DNA of 64,000 nucleotides from Thermoanaerobaculia bacterium (GTDB lineage Bacteria > Acidobacteriota > Thermoanaerobaculia > UBA5066), in assembly GCA_038245905.1 (NCBI GenBank), contig JBBRRY010000004.1, positions 1-64,000 of the forward strand. Direction: 5' to 3'. The translations under genes and the position numbers were made by a program. Below the pieces are notes generated by a model. That model did not search any database. It saw only the letters and a program-made list of their open reading frames with translations, and was not told the origin of the DNA. Below are positions 47,687-55,246 of this stretch, piece by piece (the stretch's first letter is position 1; every line of letters starts with the position of its first letter).

Positions 47687-48524
47687 GCGCGGCGAAGGTT
47701 GCCGTCGCGATGCCGCGGGCGGCGAGGGCCGCCGCGACCGCGCCGGACTCGAGAGCTTCTGCCTCCGCGCGCCAGTCGTAGCCCCAGTGGTAGCGCTGGC
47801 GTGTGACGTCGTCCTCGTCCCCGGAGTGAAGCGCGATCTCGTAGTCCCCCTCCGGCAGATTCGCGACGGCGCGCGCGAAGCGCGCGGCAGTCATGTGTCC
47901 AGCCTCCGCGAGCCCGAGAACGCGCGGAGGCTCGGGAAGTCCCGCCTCGTCGAGGAGCCTCCGGCCGCGGCGGCCGAGACGCGCGAGAAGGCGCGCGCGA
48001 AGCCGGGAGAGAAGCGGAGCATCCGGCCGGCCGGGCGGGTCGTCGGCGCGGGGGGCACGCACGAAGGGCACGCGGAAGCGCCGCGCGAGCGCCACGGCGA
48101 CCGGGAAGAGAAGCGGGTGCAGGTGAAGGTTCTGATGCGAGTCGAGGTGCGTGACCCGGACGCCGGCGCTCTCCGCCCGCGCGATCTGTGCCTCCCATTC
48201 GCGCTCCACCTCGGCGCGCCGGATGCGGCCGGCCGTGAGGGCGAAGAGAACGCCGGGCCAGTGTTTGTGGAAAGTGCCACCGGACAGGAGCGACGGGACG
48301 TCGTGGGGTTCTGCGACCGGTCGCTCGCCGCCCGTGATGCAGAGATGGACGCCTGCATCGGAAATCCCCGCGCCGCGCAGGCTCATGGCGGCCTCCTCGA
48401 ACGACGTGCCGTTCACGAGAAGACTCACGTCCGAGAGGAGCCCCTTCGCACGGAGCGCGGCGACACGGCGCGTGTGCGCGGGAGCGAGGCCGAAGTCGTC
48501 GGCGTTGAGGATGACGCGCGTCAA
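47679..48524 (-). CDS. ChbG/HpnK (YdjC) family deacetylase
   Basis: ILNADDFG, GVHL.IT.G, THLDSHQNLH, E..LHSG. TTG start overlapping the GT2 stop. Confidence 0.88.
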   Translation of the reverse strand: MTRVILNADDFGLAPAHTRRVAALRAKGLLSDVSLLVNGTSFEEAAMSLRGAGISDAGVHLCITGGERPVAEPHDVPSLLSGGTFHKHWPGVLFALTAGRIRRAEVEREWEAQIARAESAGVRVTHLDSHQNLHLHPLLFPVAVALARRFRVPFVRAPRADDPPGRPDAPLLSRLRARLLARLGRRGRRLLDEAGLPEPPRVLGLAEAGHMTAARFARAVANLPEGDYEIALHSGDEDDVTRQRYHWGYDWRAEAEALESGAVAAALAARGIATATFAALT

Positions 48525-49312
48525 GGCGTTCCGCGCCGGCGCCGCTCGGCGCGGATCTCCGGCGCGAAGCGCGCCATTTCGCGCAGGATCGTGAAGACCG
48601 TCCCCGGCGAGGAGAGGGTCGAAAGGCCGCGCGTCCGGGGGAAGTAGTTGACGCCCAGCTGCTGGATCACGGCGCCGTGCGCCACCGAGCGCGCGAGGAG
48701 CTCGGCGTCGATGAAGGACCCCTCGCTTCGCAGCGTCATTCCAGACAGCAGGCTCCGCCGGATGAGCTTGCAGGAGAAATTGACATCCCGGAGGACGATC
48801 CCGAAGAGCGCGTGCACGAGCCCGTTGTACGCGAACGAGTACAGAGAGCGCAGGAGGCCTTCTCCGGTCCTGTCCAGCCGGTAGGCCGAGATGAGATCCG
48901 CCCCGGTGATCTCGGCGGCGCGAAACAAGCGATCCGTCTCCGCGAGGTCCCAGGGCAGGTCGCAGTCGCTGTAAAGAATCCACTCCAGCCGTGCGGCGGC
49001 GAAGCCCTCGCGAAGGGTTCCTCCGAGACCGCGGTTCGACGGCTGCGCGATCACGCGAATCCGCGGCTCCTTCTCGGCGCGCAACCGGGCGAACGCCAGC
49101 GTCGTGTCCGTGGAGGCGTCGTCCACGAGGACGATCTCCCATGTGTCGACGTGCTCTTCGAGAGCCGGGATCGCGACGTCGAGGAGCCGCCCGACGCTTT
49201 TCTCTTCGTTGAACATGGGGACGACGAGGGAGACGGAGCGGGGAGGTCGCGCGGCGCCCGCCGCGCCCGCGATGCCCGAGCCGGTGTTTGTCGGCGTCAC
49301 GGCCCGAAGCAT
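48521..49312 (-). CDS. GT2 glycosyltransferase (polyprenol-phosphate/DPM1-like)
   Basis: VVPMFNEE, VDDASTD, NRGLGG, YSDCDL, DVNFSCKL, FIDAEL. Confidence 0.88.
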   Translation of the reverse strand: MLRAVTPTNTGSGIAGAAGAARPPRSVSLVVPMFNEEKSVGRLLDVAIPALEEHVDTWEIVLVDDASTDTTLAFARLRAEKEPRIRVIAQPSNRGLGGTLREGFAAARLEWILYSDCDLPWDLAETDRLFRAAEITGADLISAYRLDRTGEGLLRSLYSFAYNGLVHALFGIVLRDVNFSCKLIRRSLLSGMTLRSEGSFIDAELLARSVAHGAVIQQLGVNYFPRTRGLSTLSSPGTVFTILREMARFAPEIRAERRRRGTP

Positions 49313-49322
49313 ACCCGGCCCC

Positions 49323-50498
49323 TCACGAGACGAAGCGCCAGTTCACGAAGAAGGCGGCGCGCAGGAGCAGGAGCGCCGTCGACAAGGCGAGGGCCGCCGC
49401 GCGGAGACGCGGACGGTGCTCGAGCAGCTCGAAGAGAAGGATCATCCCCGGAAAGATCGTCAGCGTGTAGCGCGGCACGCCGTTCGTTGTCCCCGTCAGG
49501 AATGCCAGGCCGAGAACGCCCGCCGTCCACGCCGCGTCGGCGAAACGACGCCTCTTCAACTGCACGGCGGCGAGAACAGCGAAGAGAGTGAAGTGCGCGA
49601 GAGGCGCGATCGCCCCCGGATGCTGAAGAAGCGTGCCGCTCGTCAGGAGCGTGACCTGCTCGCCCACGAACGCCGCGCCCCCGGCGAGAGGATTCGTCGA
49701 GCGGTGAGCCCAGGCGCCGATCGACCGGAAGAACAGCCCCGGCTCCCCCTTCCACCATCCGATACCAAACACGTACGTCAGAACGCCCACAAGCGGCGCG
49801 GTGGCGAGAGCGAAAGACGCAAGAAGCCGCTTGCGAGGATGCGCGCCAAGATCGTGCGCGCCGAGCCCATAGGCGAGCGCCAGCGCGGGACCGACTGCGG
49901 CGGCAGGGGCGCGCGTCAGGCCCAGCAGAACGCCGACGCAGACGGACGCGAACGGGCGATCCGTTCTTATGAATCGAAAGGCGAGGAGAAGCAGCAGGAA
50001 AAAGAGCGGTTCGGTATACGCGGCCGCGAAGAAGAACGCCACGGGGTAGAGGAGGAGGAAGAAGAGCGGACCCCGCGCGCGCTCCGGGCCGAGACGCGCG
50101 CGACACTCCTCACCGAAGAGAGGAAGCGCGAAGACGAACGCGACCCAGGAGACGGCTGTCAGCGCCCACAACGGGGCCAGCCCGGTGAGAAGCGAGAGCC
50201 CACGGGCGAGCATCGGATAGAGCGGGAAGAACGCATGCGCGGATTCCAGCCCCGGCGCCGGAGGCGGGCCGTATCCGTCGCGGGCGATGCTGAAGTACCA
50301 GCCCGAGTCGAAGCGCGCGAAATACGGATTCACCCCGGGGCCCCAGGGCGACGGGCGCGCGAGCGGCAGGACGTGGACGGCGAACGCGGCCCAGAGATGA
50401 ATCGCCACGAGCCACACGACCGCCAGTGCCGCGAGCCGGCGGTCCTCGCCGGCCCGAAACGGCCACGGATAGGGCGCGGAGGAAGGGACGGGGCTCGT
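49323..50498 (-). CDS. PIG-V/GT76-like membrane mannosyltransferase family protein (copy 2)
   Basis: RFDSGWYFSIARDGY, AFFPLYP, YP.AFFFAAAYTEPL, LTRAPA, PRY. Start either GTG 50417 or ACG 50498. Confidence 0.8.
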   Translation of the reverse strand, partial: TSPVPSSAPYPWPFRAGEDRRLAALAVVWLVAIHLWAAFAVHVLPLARPSPWGPGVNPYFARFDSGWYFSIARDGYGPPPAPGLESAHAFFPLYPMLARGLSLLTGLAPLWALTAVSWVAFVFALPLFGEECRARLGPERARGPLFFLLLYPVAFFFAAAYTEPLFFLLLLLAFRFIRTDRPFASVCVGVLLGLTRAPAAAVGPALALAYGLGAHDLGAHPRKRLLASFALATAPLVGVLTYVFGIGWWKGEPGLFFRSIGAWAHRSTNPLAGGAAFVGEQVTLLTSGTLLQHPGAIAPLAHFTLFAVLAAVQLKRRRFADAAWTAGVLGLAFLTGTTNGVPRYTLTIFPGMILLFELLEHRPRLRAAALALSTALLLLRAAFFVNWRFVS

Positions 50499-50519
50499 GG
50501 CTGTAGTCTACGGGCGCCC

Positions 50520-51218
50520 ATGGAACGGCACGCCGAACCGGCAGCGGGAGCGCCCCTGACTCTCGGAAGCGGTGAAGCTGCCGCGCTTCACAAGGCCGCC
50601 CGGCCGCTCACGCTTCTGGAGCGCGCGCACCTCGATCTGAGGTTCCGGAGCGCTCCCTGGAGGCGCGTCGTCGAGGCCTTCGAGCCGGACGGGAGCCTCG
50701 TGGACTTCGGCTGCGGGCCGGGCCTCCTCGCGCACCTCCTGCTCCGCGCGGGATTCCGGGGAACGTATCTCGGACTCGATCCCGACGCCCGCAAGCCGGA
50801 TCGCGCGCGCCGCTGGCTTCCGGAGTCGCCGGCACGCCTTTTCCGGGCGGGAACGGTCGATGCCGCGCCCGAGGGCACGTTCTCGCAGGCGGCCCTGATC
50901 GACGTTCTCTACCTCGTGCCGCCGCCCGAGAGACCCGAATTTCTCGCGCGGGCCGCGCGCTCCCTGACTCCCGGCGGACTCTTCGTCGCCTTGACGAGCG
51001 GGGGAGGGCCGCGCTGGAAGAGACGGCTGGATACGGCGCAGGAACGGCTTGCCGTCGGCCTCGGCATCACTCGGGGCGGGGGCGTGGCCACCTGCGACGG
51101 CGCGGAGGTCGCCCGGCTGCTCGCGGCGGCCGGTCTCACCGGGGCCACGGTCGTCGACGTGGGCCGCGGCTTTCTCCACGGTTTCGAGCTCGTTTCGGCG
51201 CGCCGCCCGCGCACTTGA
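50520..51218 (+). CDS. Class I SAM-dependent methyltransferase
   Basis: LVDFGCGPG, YLGLDPD, IDVLYLVP, LTPGG. Confidence 0.82.
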   Translation: MERHAEPAAGAPLTLGSGEAAALHKAARPLTLLERAHLDLRFRSAPWRRVVEAFEPDGSLVDFGCGPGLLAHLLLRAGFRGTYLGLDPDARKPDRARRWLPESPARLFRAGTVDAAPEGTFSQAALIDVLYLVPPPERPEFLARAARSLTPGGLFVALTSGGGPRWKRRLDTAQERLAVGLGITRGGGVATCDGAEVARLLAAAGLTGATVVDVGRGFLHGFELVSARRPRT

Positions 51219-51289
51219 CGGCGGGGCCGATTTCCGAAATCGTTCGGCCCAGGACAAGAGGCTGAGACCCGCTCGGCGGAAGGACGGAA

Positions 51290-54200
51290 ATGCCTTTGAA
51301 GGCGCTCCGGCAGTGGACGATTCCGCGCCGCGATCTCGCAGCGGGTGGCTCGGCGCTCGTGCGGCTTTCTCATCCCCTCCTTCCGGCTTTCGTCTCGGCG
51401 TGCTCGGGCCCGCACGGCCTCGTCCTCGGCCTCGAGGGCGCGCGCCCCGTGCCGCTCGGCCGGCTCGACGCTCGTGCCCGCCGTGCGTACCTCGTGAGGC
51501 TCGGCTCGCTCGCGGGATTCCTGTCGTTTCACGGTCTCGGCATCGCCGCGGAAGACGTCCCTCTTCTCGGCGCGCGCGAGGGCGATGCGGACCGGCCGGC
51601 GCTGGGTGCGCCCCCGGCCGCCGCGTGGCGCACCGTGCCTTCCGCGCTCCTGGTCGCGGGCGCGGCCCTGCGACTCGCCGGACGGGCCGTCAAAGGCGAC
51701 GACGCGGACGCGCTGCGCCGTTCGATCCAGAGCGCACTCAATCGCTCCCTGCCGCGCGACGTCACGGAAGACGTTCTTTCCGCGCTCCGCGCCGCGGATG
51801 CGCGCGCGCGTCCGGAGGCGCTCGTCTCGGAGCTCGCCCGGCGGGGCGCCGTGGGACGCGCCGTGTCGCGCGATCTGCTCGGCCTCGCGCTTCCGGCCGT
51901 GACGATCCCGCCCGCTCATCCGGCCCGGCCCGCCGTGGCGGTCGGGCCCGCCGCTCTCTGGCTCGCGCGCGGAGCCGCGCGCCGGGACGAGCCGCCCGCG
52001 TTCCTGGAGTGCGGATCTCTCTCGGCCCTCGAGGAAGGCGGTGCGCTCCGCCGGCTCGCGCGCGCTCTCTCCGGGGATCCGCGAGCGGCGCTCCTCGAGG
52101 CGCTCGCGGACGGGACGCGCGTTCCACGCGCAACTGACGGACCTCCCGTCGCTCTCGTCGCGATCTCTCTCGACCGCTGGGACGGGCGTTCGCGCCGGGC
52201 GTTCGAGGAAGAGCTTCCCGCGTTCGGGTTCCGGCTCTTTGCCACGCGTGCCGCGAGCCTGCGTCTCTGGGAGGAGGCGCCGCTCATCACCTTCCGGATG
52301 AGCCGCGGCGACGCGGCGTCGATTCTCTGGCTTCCCTTTGCGTCCCTCAACGACACCGTGGACGCGTGGCGCGAGGCGGAAGACGTGGCCGGAGCGACGG
52401 ACGCGGGCCGCTTTCTCGAGGTCGCACACGGACTCGCGGCGCGGTTCGATTCCGCGGAAGGGCGCCTCGGTCCCGCTAGGCCGCGGCCGGCCGCTTCGCA
52501 CCGTCCGGATCCCGTGCTCGAAGCGGCCTCTCTTCTCGCCAGCGGATTTGGGGCCGCGGAGGCCGCCGAGGCCGCGGACGTGCCCCTCCGAAATGCGCAA
52601 GAGGCTCTCGCGGCGGCCGCGGAAGCGGGAATCGTCGTACCGTGCGACGCGAACGCGTACTCGTTTCGGGACGACGAAGAACGTGGGAGGGTGGCGGCGC
52701 GCGTGCCCGCTTCGGCTCGCAGGGACGCGGTGGCGCGCCTCGCGAAAGCGGGACTCCCGGACCTCACGCCGTCGCGACTCGCCGTCGCGTCGCTCGCGCG
52801 CGCGAATGCCGGCGACCTTGCGGCGGCTCGCAGCGTCCTCGACGCAGCCGCCCTGAACGCCGACTCCTCCCTCGCCGCGGAGCTTCTCTCTCGCGCGCCC
52901 CGAACAGAGCCCGATCTGGGGCGGCCGCTTCTCGCGGTTTGCGTCCTTCAGAGGGCGGGCCGCCCGGAACGCGCGCGCGCCTTGGCGGGGCGCATCACTG
53001 CCGAGGCGATCGCCAGCAGCCCGCTCGACGAGCGGCTCGCGACGGCCCGGGCGCTCGTCCGCCTGCGCGAGGAGGAACGCGCCCTCGTCCTCTGCCCGGG
53101 AGGCGCACCCGAGGAGGATGTCGCGCGCGCCTGGGTCCTCGTCGAATCCCGGCGTGACGGTGAGGCCAGGCGCGCGCTCGAGCGCGCTCTGGTTGGTCTC
53201 GCGGGGGCCCCCGTAGCGTTCCGCCTCCTCGCGAAGCTGCTCGGCGCGGAGCTTCACGAACGCGCGTCCGAATATGCCGCCGCGGGCGCCGCTCTCGTCG
53301 AGGCGGAGGCGCTGCTGCCTCTCGTCTCCGAGGAGGGGTTCGCGCGCGAGATGGCTCGAACGGCGGGCTACCTCGCGAACGACCTCGGCCGCACCGACGA
53401 GGCCCTCGCGCTCTTCCGGCGCGCGGAAACCCTCTCGAGGAGCGGCCTCGAGCGGGCGGACGCGGCTTACGACGTCGCGCACGCGGCTCTCGACGGCGGT
53501 CGCCTCGATGTCGCGGCGCGTGAGCTGGACGCCGCGCTGGGCCTATACGCGGCGGGCCGGCATGAAGAGCGCTATCTCTCCGCGCTCGGGAACCGCATCG
53601 ACCTCCTCCTTCGCATGGGCGACTTCCCGGCTGCCCGAAGCGTGCTCGAACGGGTTCTCGCCCACGAGCGTGCGAGCGGGCGACGACACCAGATCCTGTT
53701 CGCGGTTCCGAGCCTGCAGGAGCTCGCGCTTCTCGAGGGCGACGACGGCGAGGCTTCGGCAGCGTTCCGCGAGGCGGAGGAGCGCGGGGCGGCGGACCCG
53801 TCGCACCCGGCCTGGCGGGAGATTCTTCTGCTCGAAGCCGAGCGAGTACTTGCGGCGCCGGATCCGGAGGCGGCGCTCACGCTCCTCGCGCGCGCGAGGG
53901 AGATTCCGGACAACCGCTCCCGCACGGAGGCGCGCAGGCTTCGGCTCGTTGCCTCTGCGTCGCGCGACGTCGGCCGAGCGCCCCGTGAGCAACCGGCGGC
54001 CTTTACTCTCGACGAGCGTGTCCTTCTCGACGCGGAGATTGCTTTCGCCTCCGGACGCGCGGCGCCGGATGCCGCGAGTGCGGCTCTCGAACGCCTGGCG
54101 GCGTCGGGCGCCGGGGCCGGAGCCGCGATCCGGCGCGTTCTCGAGTGGTCCGGCCGCTTCCCGGCGTTCTTCGCGACGTCGGCGGCCGGTCCGCTCCTGA

Positions 54201-55237
54201 GACTCGCGGGGCGCGTCGCGGCGCGGGCCGGCCTCTCTCGCGCCGAGGAGCGCTTTTCGCGGCTGCTCGAGCACGGCGCGCCACGCGAGCCTTCGCAGGT
54301 GCCGATCACGTCGCCTCCAGCCGTCGTCGCCGAGGATGCCGCCACGCAGGATCTGTTCGCGAAGGCGGCCCGAGTGGCCCGGTCGACGATTTCGGTTCTC
54401 CTTCTCGGGGAGAGTGGCACCGGGAAGGAGATCGTTGCGCACGAGCTCCATCGCCTCTCGGGCCGGCGAGGACGTTTCCTTGCGGTCAACGTCGCGGCGC
54501 TTCCGGGCACGCTCGCGGAGGCGGAGTTGTTCGGCCACGCGCGAGGCGCTTTCACGGGTGCCGACCGGGATCGCCGGGGCCTCGTCGAAGAGTCGTCCGG
54601 TGGAACGCTATTCCTCGACGAGATCGGCGACCTGCCCCTCGCCCTGCAGGGCAAGCTCCTCCGGGTCCTCCAGGAAGGCGAGGTGAGGCGGCTGGGCGAG
54701 ACCGCCGTGAGGCGCGTCGACCTTCGCGTGCTGGCGGCGACTCACCGCCCTCTCAAGGCGATGGCCGAGGCGGGCTCGTTCCGGATCGATCTGTACTTCC
54801 GGCTGGCCGGGCTCGAGCTCGAGCTGGCTCCTCTGCGGGAGCGTCCGAAGGATCTCGCGCGGCTCGTCGAGGTGGCTCTTGCAGGGCGCGCGACGCTGGC
54901 GCACGAGGCGTCGGCCGCCCTCAAAGCGTGGCCGTGGCCGGGAAACGTACGCGAGCTCCTAGCCGCCATCGAGGCCGCCGTTGCGCTTTCGGCGCCCGGA
55001 CGGGTCATCGCCCTCGAGCACCTTCCCCGCGGCCTGCGCGAGAGGACTCGGGCGCCCGCGGGCGCACGGTCCTATCAGGACGCGCTCCGGGCGGCGCGTC
55101 TCGCGGCCGTCGGCGGGGCGCTCGAGGCGGCCGGGGGTAACCGGACCCGCGCGGCCCGCGCGCTCGGAATCTCGCGTCAGTCGTTGCTCTATGAGATGAA
55201 GAAGCTGGAGATCCATGCGGCGCGCGGCGGACGCTAG
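51290..55237 (+). CDS. Large sigma54-dependent activator (degenerate N-terminal region, TPR-like helices, AAA+, Fis HTH)
   Basis: GESGTGKE, ELFGHARGAFTGA, GGTLFLDEIG, FRIDLYFRL, WPGNVREL, GNRTRAARALGISR. Confidence 0.9.
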   Translation: MPLKALRQWTIPRRDLAAGGSALVRLSHPLLPAFVSACSGPHGLVLGLEGARPVPLGRLDARARRAYLVRLGSLAGFLSFHGLGIAAEDVPLLGAREGDADRPALGAPPAAAWRTVPSALLVAGAALRLAGRAVKGDDADALRRSIQSALNRSLPRDVTEDVLSALRAADARARPEALVSELARRGAVGRAVSRDLLGLALPAVTIPPAHPARPAVAVGPAALWLARGAARRDEPPAFLECGSLSALEEGGALRRLARALSGDPRAALLEALADGTRVPRATDGPPVALVAISLDRWDGRSRRAFEEELPAFGFRLFATRAASLRLWEEAPLITFRMSRGDAASILWLPFASLNDTVDAWREAEDVAGATDAGRFLEVAHGLAARFDSAEGRLGPARPRPAASHRPDPVLEAASLLASGFGAAEAAEAADVPLRNAQEALAAAAEAGIVVPCDANAYSFRDDEERGRVAARVPASARRDAVARLAKAGLPDLTPSRLAVASLARANAGDLAAARSVLDAAALNADSSLAAELLSRAPRTEPDLGRPLLAVCVLQRAGRPERARALAGRITAEAIASSPLDERLATARALVRLREEERALVLCPGGAPEEDVARAWVLVESRRDGEARRALERALVGLAGAPVAFRLLAKLLGAELHERASEYAAAGAALVEAEALLPLVSEEGFAREMARTAGYLANDLGRTDEALALFRRAETLSRSGLERADAAYDVAHAALDGGRLDVAARELDAALGLYAAGRHEERYLSALGNRIDLLLRMGDFPAARSVLERVLAHERASGRRHQILFAVPSLQELALLEGDDGEASAAFREAEERGAADPSHPAWREILLLEAERVLAAPDPEAALTLLARAREIPDNRSRTEARRLRLVASASRDVGRAPREQPAAFTLDERVLLDAEIAFASGRAAPDAASAALERLAASGAGAGAAIRRVLEWSGRFPAFFATSAAGPLLRLAGRVAARAGLSRAEERFSRLLEHGAPREPSQVPITSPPAVVAEDAATQDLFAKAARVARSTISVLLLGESGTGKEIVAHELHRLSGRRGRFLAVNVAALPGTLAEAELFGHARGAFTGADRDRRGLVEESSGGTLFLDEIGDLPLALQGKLLRVLQEGEVRRLGETAVRRVDLRVLAATHRPLKAMAEAGSFRIDLYFRLAGLELELAPLRERPKDLARLVEVALAGRATLAHEASAALKAWPWPGNVRELLAAIEAAVALSAPGRVIALEHLPRGLRERTRAPAGARSYQDALRAARLAAVGGALEAAGGNRTRAARALGISRQSLLYEMKKLEIHAARGGR

Positions 55238-55246
55238 ACTCCGCGC

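Noticed and set aside
51215-51289. GGCTGAGA plus a hairpin (GGGCCGA...TCGGCCC) suggesting a TPP riboswitch
   Set aside because: The downstream TPP core elements are absent, the space is too short, and the downstream gene is unrelated.
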